Shown: positions 9,852 to 19,127 of the stretch, in pieces
How positions within the stretch are numbered: position 1 is the stretch's first letter
Layout: each line of letters begins with the position of its first letter
Assembly: GCA_903879335.1 (NCBI GenBank)
Contig: CAIRLC010000022.1
Coordinates: forward strand, 177,737 to 241,736
DNA from: an uncultured Pseudomonadota bacterium
GTDB lineage: Bacteria > Pseudomonadota > Gammaproteobacteria > Steroidobacterales > Steroidobacteraceae
Reading direction: 5' to 3'
Length of the DNA: 64,000 nt
Notes under the pieces: generated by a model
What the model was told of the DNA's origin: nothing
Databases searched by the model: none
The model's input: only the letters and a program-made list of their open reading frames with translations
Program-made: the position numbers and the translations under genes

Positions 9852-10478
9852 TTACTTGGAGCGTGTCTGCTGCCGCACGTGATCGACGTATCGCCACAGA
9901 TACCAACTGGCTGTCGTACGGTAAGGCGCCCAGCGTTGGCCATACTCCGCCAGCGCGCGGGGCTTCGGCTGCTCTTTCAGACCGTATAACAGCTTGAATC
10001 CCTCGCGCACGCCGAAATCATCCACCGGAAGAATATCGGGCCGGTTGAGCGTGAACATCAGGAGCATTTCGGCCGTCCAACGCCCAACGCCGCGCACGGA
10101 GACCAATCTCTCAATGATCGCTTCATCCGTGAGACGGCGTAGCGTACGCCGATCGGCGACCGTGCCGTCTATCGCTTTAGCCGCCACATCGCGCATGGCC
10201 ATCTGCTTAGAGGCGGATAACCCGCAGGCTCTCAAGGTCGCCTCGGGCACGTCGAGCAATTCTTGCGGCGTTGGATAACGCCCACCCTGGAGCGCTTTAA
10301 AGCGGCCTAAGATCGCCGCTGCTGCATTGCCATGGATCTGTTGATGAACGATGGCAGAGAGCAGTGACTCATAAGGCGAACCTCGGCCCCGCTTTAAGGT
10401 GCAGGGACCGAGGATCTTGATGGCCGATCCAAGCGTAGGGTCGGCACGAGACAGGGTCCTGAGCGCGTTTTCGGGCAT
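9852..10478 (-). CDS. HhH-GPD DNA-3-methyladenine glycosylase II family protein
   Basis: The HhH-GPD region is present (...VRGVGRWTAEMLLMFTLNRPDILPVDDFGVREGFKLLYG...), including the catalytic Asp context. Confidence 0.8.
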   Translation of the reverse strand: MPENALRTLSRADPTLGSAIKILGPCTLKRGRGSPYESLLSAIVHQQIHGNAAAAILGRFKALQGGRYPTPQELLDVPEATLRACGLSASKQMAMRDVAAKAIDGTVADRRTLRRLTDEAIIERLVSVRGVGRWTAEMLLMFTLNRPDILPVDDFGVREGFKLLYGLKEQPKPRALAEYGQRWAPYRTTASWYLWRYVDHVRQQTRSK

Positions 10479-10491
10479 CGGACCCCTCCGA

Positions 10492-11748
10492 CTAGCGCTT
10501 CATCGACAGGAAGAAGTCGTCGTTGGTCTTCGTGTCCTTCATCTTATCGATGAGGAACTCGATGGCCGCCAACTCATCCATGGGGTGAAGCAACTTGCGC
10601 AGAATCCAAATCTTCTGCAGCTCTTCTGACGACGTGATCAGCTCTTCACGCCGCGTGCCTGAACGATTGATGTTGACTGCCGGGAAGATGCGCTTCTCGG
10701 CAATGCGGCGATCCAAATGGATTTCCGAGTTACCGGTTCCCTTGAATTCTTCGAAGATCACATCGTCCATGCGGGATCCCGTATCGATCAATGCCGTTGC
10801 AATGATCGTCAAAGATCCGCCTTCTTCCACATTGCGGGCCGCACCGAAAAACCGCTTTGGACGCTGCAACGCGTTAGCGTCGACACCGCCAGTTAACACC
10901 TTGCCGGAACTCGGTACAACCGTGTTGTAGGCGCGTGCCAAACGCGTAATCGAATCGAGCAGGATGACCACGTCACGCTTGTGCTCAACGAGGCGCTTTG
11001 CCTTCTCGATCACCATTTCAGCGACTTGGACGTGCCGGCTGGCCGGCTCGTCGAAGGTCGAGGCGACCACTTCGCCCTTGACCGTGCGCGACATTTCGGT
11101 GACTTCCTCGGGCCGCTCGTCGATGAGCAGCACGATCAGGTACACCTCAGGATGGTTGTACGTGATGCTGGTCGCAATGTTCTGCAACAGCATGGTCTTA
11201 CCCGCCTTCGGTGGCGAGACGATCAGACCACGTTGCCCTTTACCGATTGGCGAACATAGGTCGATGACTCGGGCGGTCATGTCCTCGGTGCTACCCGTGC
11301 CGCGCTCAAGCTTGAGTCGCTTAGTGGGATGCAGTGGCGTCAAGTTCTCGAACAGCGATTTGTTACGCGAACTTTCGGGAGCATCGAAATTGATTTGCCC
11401 AAGTTTCACGAGCGCAAAGTAACGCTCACCTTCCTTAGGGGGACGAACGAGTCCGGAGATCGAGTCGCCGGTGCGCAGGTTGAACCGCCGAATTTGGCTC
11501 GGGCTGACGTAAATGTCGTCCGGGCCAGCGAGGTAAGAACCATCCGCTGAACGCAGGAAGCCGAAACCGTCCTGCAAGATCTCGAGGACGCCATCACCGT
11601 GTATCAACTCACCATTGCGGGCATGAGCCTTCAGCAGCGAGAAAATGACGTCCTGCTTGCGCTGGCGAGCCACATTTTCAATGCCGAGCCCCTCAGCCAC
11701 CTGCAGCAACTCGTGAATTGGCTTTTTCTTCAGCTCAGTCAGGCTCAT
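10492..11748 (-). CDS. rho: transcription termination factor Rho (conserved 418-aa core; the frame stays open 69 codons further upstream to 11955)
   Basis: The protein is near-colinear with E. coli Rho from [15 protein letters not shown]... to ...DDFFLSMKR, including Walker A (PPKAGKT). See the finding on the in-frame RGG-rich extension. Confidence 0.95.
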   Translation of the reverse strand: MSLTELKKKPIHELLQVAEGLGIENVARQRKQDVIFSLLKAHARNGELIHGDGVLEILQDGFGFLRSADGSYLAGPDDIYVSPSQIRRFNLRTGDSISGLVRPPKEGERYFALVKLGQINFDAPESSRNKSLFENLTPLHPTKRLKLERGTGSTEDMTARVIDLCSPIGKGQRGLIVSPPKAGKTMLLQNIATSITYNHPEVYLIVLLIDERPEEVTEMSRTVKGEVVASTFDEPASRHVQVAEMVIEKAKRLVEHKRDVVILLDSITRLARAYNTVVPSSGKVLTGGVDANALQRPKRFFGAARNVEEGGSLTIIATALIDTGSRMDDVIFEEFKGTGNSEIHLDRRIAEKRIFPAVNINRSGTRREELITSSEELQKIWILRKLLHPMDELAAIEFLIDKMKDTKTNDDFFLSMKR

Positions 11749-11951
11749 CGAGCGGCGTACCGCCTCGAGTTCAGCCATCGAAATCACACTGAGATCATCA
11801 ATCTCGGGGAAATCGTCCTGCGGTTGATCTCGCGATCCACGCCAGTTCGGGTCGCGATTGCCGTCGACGTTACCGCCGCCGCCACCACCACCGCGATGCT
11901 TAGGGCCTTTCTGACGGTTACGGCCTTGACCGCCGCCACCGAGATAGCCCC

Positions 11952-12281
11952 TCACAGGTGGGCATCCAAGAAGGCCGCCAACTGTGCCTTAGAGACGACA
12001 CCGACTTTCTGGGCCTCGACGACGCCGTTCTTGAACAGGATCAGTGTCGGGATACCACGAATGCCGAACTTCGGCGGTGTGCCGGGGTTCTCGTCGATAT
12101 TGAGCTTGGCGATTTGGACTCGGCCGGCGTATTCGCCAGAAACGTCGTCCAGAATCGGCGCGATCGCTTTACAGGGCCCGCACCACTCGGCCCAAAAGTC
12201 GAGAAGTACAGGAACGGCCGACTTCAGGACGTCTCGTTCGAAGTTGGCATCGGTGGTGTGGATGATGTTGGAGCCGCTCAC
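11952..12281 (-). CDS. trxA: thioredoxin 1
   Basis: The protein is 109 aa with the WCGPC active site. It lies between divergent rhlB and downstream rho, as in E. coli. Confidence 0.95.
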   Translation of the reverse strand: MSGSNIIHTTDANFERDVLKSAVPVLLDFWAEWCGPCKAIAPILDDVSGEYAGRVQIAKLNIDENPGTPPKFGIRGIPTLILFKNGVVEAQKVGVVSKAQLAAFLDAHL

Positions 12282-12684
12282 GCGGGGGACCCTCCTAAAG
12301 GGTTTGAGGTGGTTATGGAAACGCTGAAAGTCGCGGTTAGGTGAAAAAAGATTTTTGGTTTCAAGCAGGTTCGGGGGTTAAGTGCTGGGCCGGGTTAATC
12401 AAGCGGCCGTGACGGCGAGGGCTGCTTGCGGCAGAATGGGGGGGTTCGAGGAAGCCGGAACACGCCTAAAGGGCGGTTTGCTCCACGGGTAGACCGTTCG
12501 CGGTTAGCCTAAATTCTCCGAAGTGAGGCTTTGACGCCCTGGTGCTCGTCCGCTGCGGGATCCGTTCTGGACCGCTGTCTTGCGGTTCGACGGTCAACCC
12601 AGTGCGGCGGGGCTATCTGGTTAGTTTTTATTTTTAGCTGATCCTCGCCCGCTTCGCAAGTCTTGCGATGGATTAGCGCCCAAT

Positions 12685-14355
12685 GTGAGTGTGAACTACG
12701 TGACGCAACAGACCCCGGTAACCGACATCAGCTACGCCAGCCTGCACCTTCCCGAGCCGCTTTTTCGCGGTATTGCGGATGCTGGCTTTGAGCGTTGCAC
12801 GCCGATTCAGGCTGGCACCCTCCCCCGCGCGCTCGCCGGACTGGACGTCGCCGGACAGGCGCAGACCGGCACCGGCAAGACCGCAGCCTTCCTCGTGGCC
12901 ATGTTTGCGCAGTTGCTGCGCAACCCGCCCCCGGCCGACCGGCCGCTCACCTCTCCGCGTGGCTTCATTCTCGCCCCGACTCGGGAATTGGCTGTCCAGA
13001 TCCACCGCGATGCGGAGCTGCTGGGTCAATACACCGGACTGACGCTTGGACTGGCGTTCGGCGGGGTTGATTACGAAAAGCAGCGCCGGCAACTGGAATC
13101 CGGCGTCGACATCCTGATCGGCACGCCGGGCCGAATCATCGATTTCTACAAGCAGCATGTCTTTGATCTCAAACATGTACGCGTCATGGTGTTGGATGAA
13201 GCCGATCGGATGTTTGATCTCGGCTTCATCGCCGATATCCGCTATTTGATGCGGCGCTTGCCGGAACCGGCGGCCCGCCTATCCATGCTGTTCTCTGCAA
13301 CCCTCTCGCAGCGGGTGTTAGAGCTCGCCTACGAGCATATGAATGATCCTGAGTTGGTTCGGATCGAACCCGACAAGGTCACCGCAGATCGCGTGAGCCA
13401 GGTGATCTATTACCCGGCCATGGAAGAAAAGGCGCGCCTGCTGGTCGGCCTCCTGCGCAAACACGAGGTATTGCGCAGCATCGTGTTCGTCAACATGAAG
13501 CGCACCGCCGAACGGCTCGAAGCCACGCTAAAGGCGAACGACATTCATGCCGAAGCGATGAGCGGCGATGTGCCGCAAAATAAACGCTTGCGCATGCTCC
13601 GCGACTTCCATGATGGTCGCCTGCCGGTGCTGATTGCGACCGACGTCGCGGCGCGCGGCTTGCACATTCCAGATGTGTCGCACGTCTTTAATTTCGACCT
13701 GCCGCAAGACCCTGAAGATTATGTCCATCGCATCGGGCGTACAGCACGAGCGGGCGCCACGGGCGCGGCCGTCAGTTTTGGTTGCGAAGACTACGTCCAG
13801 TCGCTACCGGACATTGAGGCGTATATCGGCAGCAAAATCCCTGTCGAGTCCGTGGACAGCACCCTACTCCCGGATATTGTGCGGCCTGCTTATCACAGCC
13901 ACAGTCACGGCGGCGGCGATCGCGGTGGTCGCGGACGCGGCGGCCCAGGCGGTCGTCGCGATGGCGGACCTCGCGGCGGTCGCCGCGACAGCGGTCAGAG
14001 CGATGGCCAATCGAAGGATGATGCCCAAACCGCAACCGCCGACGTCCGACCGGCAGGAACCTCTGGCGCACGCGGACCACAGGGTCCACGTCGAGATCGC
14101 GGCCCACGCCGGCCTGACGGCGCGGCTCGGGATACCGCAACACCCGTCGCGGCAGCTCCGGCCGAGAACGTTCCTGCCACCGGTGATGAGGTTCAAAAGA
14201 AGCGGCGTCGCCGCCGTCGCCGTGGCGGTAAGGGACGGCAGCCGGAAGTCGGCGCAGCTCAAGTAGCCACGTCCAGCACAGTGACGCGGTGGACGGTGAT
14301 CGGCGCCGTCGTCGCCGGAGCGGCGGCTCTCGCCGCGTGGCTCGCGCTGCACTAA
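12685..14355 (+). CDS. rhlB: ATP-dependent DEAD-box RNA helicase RhlB with a long Arg/Gly-rich C-terminal tail
   Basis: The Q motif, AQTGTGKT, PTRELA, DEAD (VLDEADRM), SAT and HRIGRTARAG motifs are present. The core is colinear with E. coli RhlB. The start codon is GTG. It is divergent from trxA. Confidence 0.9.
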   Translation: MSVNYVTQQTPVTDISYASLHLPEPLFRGIADAGFERCTPIQAGTLPRALAGLDVAGQAQTGTGKTAAFLVAMFAQLLRNPPPADRPLTSPRGFILAPTRELAVQIHRDAELLGQYTGLTLGLAFGGVDYEKQRRQLESGVDILIGTPGRIIDFYKQHVFDLKHVRVMVLDEADRMFDLGFIADIRYLMRRLPEPAARLSMLFSATLSQRVLELAYEHMNDPELVRIEPDKVTADRVSQVIYYPAMEEKARLLVGLLRKHEVLRSIVFVNMKRTAERLEATLKANDIHAEAMSGDVPQNKRLRMLRDFHDGRLPVLIATDVAARGLHIPDVSHVFNFDLPQDPEDYVHRIGRTARAGATGAAVSFGCEDYVQSLPDIEAYIGSKIPVESVDSTLLPDIVRPAYHSHSHGGGDRGGRGRGGPGGRRDGGPRGGRRDSGQSDGQSKDDAQTATADVRPAGTSGARGPQGPRRDRGPRRPDGAARDTATPVAAAPAENVPATGDEVQKKRRRRRRRGGKGRQPEVGAAQVATSSTVTRWTVIGAVVAGAAALAAWLALH

Positions 14356-14367
14356 GGCCATCTGCAA

Positions 14368-15030
14368 CTAAAGGTCGGCGATCGTCTCAATCGAGGGGAA
14401 ATCGCCGACCGGTCGAGCTGGCTGTCCCGAGTCTGGGCGCCGGATGGCCCGCAACCAGGCAATGCCATAGGCCCGGGCGGCTGTCAGGACCGGCAAGCTG
14501 TCATCCACAAACAGCGTACGTGCACGGTCAAACGGCTCGTGGCTCGCAAAGGCCGGCCAAAACGCGGCCACCTCTTTGGGCGCGCCGAACGCGTGCGTGG
14601 AGTAGACCGCATCGAGATGACCGATCAAGTCCGAATGAGCGTCCTTGATCGCGAGTGTCTCTGGATGCGCGTTCGTCACCAGCACCAAGCGCTTACCCAA
14701 GCCACGGAGACGGCCAAGGAGCGCTTCCGCGCCGGGGAGCCACGCGACGTTCTCACGGACGGCATTTTTGATCGCGCGCACGTCCAAGTTGAGCTCACGG
14801 CTCCAGAAATCAATGCAGTACCACTCCAAACTGCCGCGTGCAGCCTCAAATCGGGGCGCCAGCACACGCAGCGCATCCGCGATCGCCATCTGTTCTCGCT
14901 GCGCCCATAAAGAGGGCAAGTGCTCTTGCCAAAACCAGTTATCAAAACGCAAATCGAGCAATGTGCCGTCCATATCGAGCAGCACGGTATCGATTTGCGA
15001 CCAATCAAGGGGCGGGGCAGGTGTAGTCAC
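14368..15030 (-). CDS. yrfG: HAD-family GMP/IMP nucleotidase YrfG-like
   Basis: The motifs ...IDTVLLDMDGTLLDLRFDNWFWQEHLP...LEWYCIDFWSRELNLD... closely mirror E. coli YrfG. Confidence 0.85.
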   Translation of the reverse strand: MTTPAPPLDWSQIDTVLLDMDGTLLDLRFDNWFWQEHLPSLWAQREQMAIADALRVLAPRFEAARGSLEWYCIDFWSRELNLDVRAIKNAVRENVAWLPGAEALLGRLRGLGKRLVLVTNAHPETLAIKDAHSDLIGHLDAVYSTHAFGAPKEVAAFWPAFASHEPFDRARTLFVDDSLPVLTAARAYGIAWLRAIRRPDSGQPARPVGDFPSIETIADL

Positions 15031-15068
15031 CGAGATATGATATACCGGCTCGCAGAGGATCGAACTTC

Positions 15069-15866
15069 ATGAACTTATGTACACGCGCCACCCTAGACGC
15101 TCTGGTGGATTTGGCCCGCGAAGCGGGCCGGGTCATCCTTGAGGTCTATCATGGCCCTTTCGATGTGACCCTAAAGGGCGATTCGTCCCCACTGACGATC
15201 GCCGATCTGCGCTCACACACAGTCATTGCGGCCGGACTGAAGGCCCTCGCGCCCAACGTGCCCTTGATCTCCGAAGAGGCCGTAGTGCCGCCGCTGGCTG
15301 ATCGCGCGGACTGGCCCCTGCTCTGGCTCGTCGATCCGCTGGATGGCACGAAGGAGTTCGTCAATCGAAATGGCGAATTCACGGTCAATATCGCCCTGAT
15401 TGAACGTGGCATACCGGTTCTCGGGATTCTGCATGTGCCCTTGAGCGGCATCACCTATTTAGCCGCGGCCGGCGTCGGCGCGTATCGACGCGAAGCCGAT
15501 GGCCAGGAAGCTCCGATTCAAGTCTGCTCAACGATCGCGGCGCAGCCGCGCGTCGTGGGCAGTCGATCGCATCGCGACGACCGCTTAACAGCCGTTCTAG
15601 AAGCGATTGGGCCGCATAACTTCCGCCCCCTGGGGAGCGCGTCTAAATTTGGACTGGTTGCCGAAGGCGCAGCGGATATTTACCCACGCGTGGGCCCCAC
15701 GTCCGAATGGGACACGGCGGCCGGGCAAGCCATTGTTGAAGTGGCGGGCGGTCATGTGGTCGGCCGGGACGGCGCACCGTTGCGCTATAACCAGCGCGAC
15801 ACGCTGTTGAATGAAGACTTTATCGTCTACGGCGACGCCTCGCGCGCCTGGCACGAGCTGCTCTGA
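15069..15866 (+). CDS. cysQ: 3'(2'),5'-bisphosphate nucleotidase
   Basis: Inositol-monophosphatase-fold motifs are present (...LISEE..., WLVDPLDGTKEF, WDTAAGQAIV). Confidence 0.9.
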   Translation: MNLCTRATLDALVDLAREAGRVILEVYHGPFDVTLKGDSSPLTIADLRSHTVIAAGLKALAPNVPLISEEAVVPPLADRADWPLLWLVDPLDGTKEFVNRNGEFTVNIALIERGIPVLGILHVPLSGITYLAAAGVGAYRREADGQEAPIQVCSTIAAQPRVVGSRSHRDDRLTAVLEAIGPHNFRPLGSASKFGLVAEGAADIYPRVGPTSEWDTAAGQAIVEVAGGHVVGRDGAPLRYNQRDTLLNEDFIVYGDASRAWHELL

Positions 15867-15873
15867 GTCCGCT

Positions 15874-16197
15874 ATGGAAGAAGCCCTGTGGTTCGCGCTT
15901 GGCATGGGGGCCTTGGCCCTTTTGTGGCAAGCCAACGTCGAAGCTCGCACGACCGCCAATGACGCGGCCCTCGCAGCCTGCGCGGAGGCTGGCGCCCAAT
16001 TACTCGATGGAACCGTAGCGTTCCGCTCCTGGCGCTTCACCCGCGGCAGTGATGACCGCCTTGGCCTGCGCCGTCAGTATGTCTTTGACTACAGCGATGA
16101 TGGCGTTTCTCGACGCCAAGGCTTTGTTGTTTTGCGTGGGCGTGAAGTCGAACTGGTGGGCCTTGGGCCCACGCTCGTACGGACGACCCTCCATTGA
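15874..16197 (+). CDS. DUF3301-like small membrane protein
   Basis: The ATG at 15874 follows the cysQ stop. There is an N-terminal TM helix (ALWFALGMGALALLW), and the rest resembles the DUF3301 family by pattern only. Confidence 0.55.
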   Translation: MEEALWFALGMGALALLWQANVEARTTANDAALAACAEAGAQLLDGTVAFRSWRFTRGSDDRLGLRRQYVFDYSDDGVSRRQGFVVLRGREVELVGLGPTLVRTTLH

Positions 16198-17051
16198 ACG
16201 ACGCGGTCGATTTTCACCTGCATTCGACGGCTTCCGACGGCGTATTAACCCCCACCGCGCTCGCTCAGTGTGTCCACGCTGCGGGCGTGAAACTCTGCGC
16301 CTTAACGGATCACGACACCACGTCCGGCTTAGAAGAGATGGCCTGTGCGGCAACGGCGCTAGGCCTCTCGACAGTCACCGGAATTGAGTTGTCCTCCGGT
16401 TGGCACGGACGCGACATTCACATCGTCGGGCTCGGATTCGACCCAGCGCATGAAGCGATAGAGGCCGCCATCACGACGCGCGCTACCTTACGCCAAGCGC
16501 GGATGGGTGCGATCGCCGCTAGGCTTGATCGCGCTGGCGCACCCGGTAGCGAGGCGCTGGCTCGGCTTGACGGGGTGGCGAACCCTACGCGAACCCACCT
16601 TGCCCGGGCATTGGTCGATCTTGGCGCCGTCGCCAACCTCCCCGCGGCGTTTACCCGATGGCTCGGGCGCGGACGTCCTGGCCATATCCCCACGGAGTGG
16701 CCGAGCCTCGAGGCGACCGTGACCGCAATCGCACGCGCAGGCGGCGTTGCGGTGCTCGCGCATCCCATGCGGTATATGCTCTCGGCCGGCCAGCGCCGGA
16801 CCCTCATGAAGCATTTCCGTGACCTTGGCGGCGGTGCTATCGAAGTGGTGACCGGTGGCATGGCACCGCACCAAATCGAGACCTCCGTCGGGCTCGCCTT
16901 ACGGGCAGGGCTGGAGGGATCGGTTGGCTCTGATTGTCATGATCCATCGCTGCCATGGCATCGGCCCGGACGATTGGCTACCCTACCCAAGGCCGTCGCG
17001 CCGGTCTGGCACCGGTGGGGCGCGACTTGGGCTACAGCACGCGAACTATGA
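16194..17051 (+). CDS. yciV: PHP-domain phosphoesterase (YciV/TrpH, RNase AM type; 3',5'-bisphosphonucleotide phosphatase family)
   Basis: The protein reads DFHLHSTASDGVLTP...LTDHDTTSGL...IHIVGLGFD...VLAHPMRY...GSDCH. It is colinear with E. coli YciV. Confidence 0.85.
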   Translation: MNDAVDFHLHSTASDGVLTPTALAQCVHAAGVKLCALTDHDTTSGLEEMACAATALGLSTVTGIELSSGWHGRDIHIVGLGFDPAHEAIEAAITTRATLRQARMGAIAARLDRAGAPGSEALARLDGVANPTRTHLARALVDLGAVANLPAAFTRWLGRGRPGHIPTEWPSLEATVTAIARAGGVAVLAHPMRYMLSAGQRRTLMKHFRDLGGGAIEVVTGGMAPHQIETSVGLALRAGLEGSVGSDCHDPSLPWHRPGRLATLPKAVAPVWHRWGATWATAREL

Positions 17052-17278
17052 CTGATACGCCGACCACCGAGAACGTCAACCAAGAGCTGCTCCAGCGACT
17101 GCAGAAGTTGCGCTCGCTACGAATTGAGCATCGCGACCTAGATGACGTCATTACTCGGCTACAGCTGGATTACAGTGTAGACGAGTTACAGCTCAAACGA
17201 CTCAAGCGTCGCAAGCTCATGCTCAAGGACCAGATCGCTCGCTTGGAGAGCGAACTCATCCCGGACCTTAACGCCTAG
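17048..17278 (+). CDS. YdcH/DUF465 family small coiled-coil protein
   Basis: The start forms an ATGA overlap with the yciV stop. The 76-aa product contains ...LRIEHRDLDDVI...ELQLKRLKRRKLMLKDQIARLE.... Confidence 0.7.
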   Translation: MTDTPTTENVNQELLQRLQKLRSLRIEHRDLDDVITRLQLDYSVDELQLKRLKRRKLMLKDQIARLESELIPDLNA

Positions 17279-17300
17279 ACGACCGGGAACTACTGCGACC

Positions 17301-18692
17301 ATGGACAATTGGCTCAACGCAATCTTCGACGCAGCAAAGAGTGGTCTTGAACCGCCCTACATCGCCGCGTTAGTGAGCGGCGTTGCCGCGTATATCGCAG
17401 GCTCAGTGACGGCCACCGTCCTCGCCGCCGTTATGCGCCACTCGCGCTCGCGCGAGGAACTGCGCCCGCGGGGATTCTTGCTAGCGGCGACGCCTTATGC
17501 GGTCGGCATTCTGACGTTACTCCTCATCCGGGTCGCGGTTGGACTGTTAGGGATTGATATCACCGCCGTCAGTATTGTGCTGCGACTCGCCGTCTCGCTC
17601 ACCATTATTCGAGCGGCGGCCTATTTATTGCGACTCTCGTTTGGTCGAACTCCGCGCCTCCGTGCGTGGGAGGTTCGGGCTACCGTCGTGATCTGGTTCT
17701 TTGTCGCCATGCATCAGTTGGGATGGGGTGAAGACCTCGTCACATTCCTTGATGGCGTGACGGTCACCGCGGGCAAAAATGGCGAGGCCGGCGTGACGGT
17801 CTGGTCGCTGATTCGCGCCCTATTCACTGTCATTGCATTCATTATTGCCAGCGCATGGTTCGGTCGTTACATCGAACGGCATGTTGCCGATTTGAAGGCG
17901 CTAGCCCCGAATACCCGCATCGCGATCGGTAAGTTTGCCTACGCCTTCCTGATTTCAATCGGCGGATTACTCGGCTTATCCGCTTCTGGCTTCAACTTAG
18001 GGGCGCTCAGCATCTTCGGCGGCGCTCTTGGCCTGGGTCTCGGATTTGGCCTGCAGTCCATTGCCGCCAACTTTGTCAGTGGTTTTGTGCTCTTGATGGA
18101 CAAGTCGATCAAGCCCGGCGACGTCATCAGCTTCACTGGCAGTATCGGCACCAGCACTGAAGGTTTCGGTTGGGTCCAGGAACTGCGCGGGCGCTACGTG
18201 GTCGTGCGGGACCGGGATGGCGTCGAAACGCTAGTGCCTAATCAAACACTGATTACGAACCAGGTCATCAACTGGAGCTATAGCGACAAACGGGTGCGTC
18301 TGAAACTCCCTGTGAGAGTCTCCTATAACGATGACCCGGAACATGCGATGGCCGTGCTACTGAAAGCGGCCACCTGCTCTGCGCGCATACTGCAGGACCC
18401 TACGCCGGTTGTCCGTCTCATGGGCTTTCATGATTATGGCCTTGATTTGGAACTGAGGTTTTGGATCGCCGACCCTGAAGCTGGCGTCAATAATGTCCGC
18501 TCCGACGTTAACCGGGCGATCTGGCGTTTATTCAAGGAAGCTGGGATCACCATCCCGCGCGCGCAGTTGGACGTGCGCATGTACGACGCAGCCGGCAAGA
18601 TCATCGGTGGTGGCGCTCTACCTTCTGCTCAACACGAAGAACGAAGCAAGTCCGGCGGGCACTCGATCACTCCTAAGCCTTTCGGCACTTGA
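17301..18692 (+). CDS. mechanosensitive ion channel family protein (MscS-like)
   Basis: There are multiple N-terminal TM helices followed by an MscS core (...LGLGLGFGLQSIAANFVSGFVLLMDKSIKPGDVI...). Confidence 0.85.
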   Translation: MDNWLNAIFDAAKSGLEPPYIAALVSGVAAYIAGSVTATVLAAVMRHSRSREELRPRGFLLAATPYAVGILTLLLIRVAVGLLGIDITAVSIVLRLAVSLTIIRAAAYLLRLSFGRTPRLRAWEVRATVVIWFFVAMHQLGWGEDLVTFLDGVTVTAGKNGEAGVTVWSLIRALFTVIAFIIASAWFGRYIERHVADLKALAPNTRIAIGKFAYAFLISIGGLLGLSASGFNLGALSIFGGALGLGLGFGLQSIAANFVSGFVLLMDKSIKPGDVISFTGSIGTSTEGFGWVQELRGRYVVVRDRDGVETLVPNQTLITNQVINWSYSDKRVRLKLPVRVSYNDDPEHAMAVLLKAATCSARILQDPTPVVRLMGFHDYGLDLELRFWIADPEAGVNNVRSDVNRAIWRLFKEAGITIPRAQLDVRMYDAAGKIIGGGALPSAQHEERSKSGGHSITPKPFGT

Positions 18693-18696
18693 TCTC

Positions 18697-19116
18697 GTGG
18701 ACGTTGAGATCGCACCAGGCCTATTTCTTCCGGAGGCGGACGTCGTCCTTGAATTCATCCGCTCACCAGGGCCGGGCGGCCAAAACGTCAACAAGGTGGC
18801 TAGCGCTGTTCAGTTGCGGTTCAACACGGCCTGTGAACGACTGGATGACTGGACGCGTCAGCGCTTAGCCACATTGGCGGGACGGCGACTCACGAAGGAC
18901 GGTTGGATTGTGATTGCCGCCCATCGATTGCGCACCCAGGAAGGCAACCGCCGCGATGCTTACGATCGCCTTGCCGAATTACTCATCGCCGCGCGTGAGC
19001 GCCCCAAAACACGGCGCCCCACTCGCCCGACCCGCGGCTCAAAAGAACGTCGGCTGGAAGGTAAGCGACAGCGAACCGAAACCAAATCGATGCGCCGCCG
19101 ACCCAGTGACGACTGA
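18697..19116 (+). CDS. arfB: alternative ribosome-rescue factor ArfB (peptidyl-tRNA hydrolase)
   Basis: A GGQ motif (RSPGPGGQNVNKV) and a basic C-terminal tail are present. The GTG at 18697 gives 139 aa, versus 140 aa in E. coli. The longer ORF-track start overlaps the mscS-like gene. Confidence 0.88.
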   Translation: MDVEIAPGLFLPEADVVLEFIRSPGPGGQNVNKVASAVQLRFNTACERLDDWTRQRLATLAGRRLTKDGWIVIAAHRLRTQEGNRRDAYDRLAELLIAARERPKTRRPTRPTRGSKERRLEGKRQRTETKSMRRRPSDD

Positions 19117-19127
19117 CCGTTCCGCAG

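Noticed and set aside
11599-14367. These are long ORF-track entries antisense to, or out of frame with, rho, trxA and rhlB. Examples are 11599-12327 (+), 12673-13176 (-), 13634-14266 (+) and 13864-14367 (-).
   Set aside because: They overlap genes with unmistakable conserved products. Their translations are Arg/Ala/Pro/Gly-rich low-information sequence typical of alternative frames in GC-rich DNA. None has a recognisable domain.
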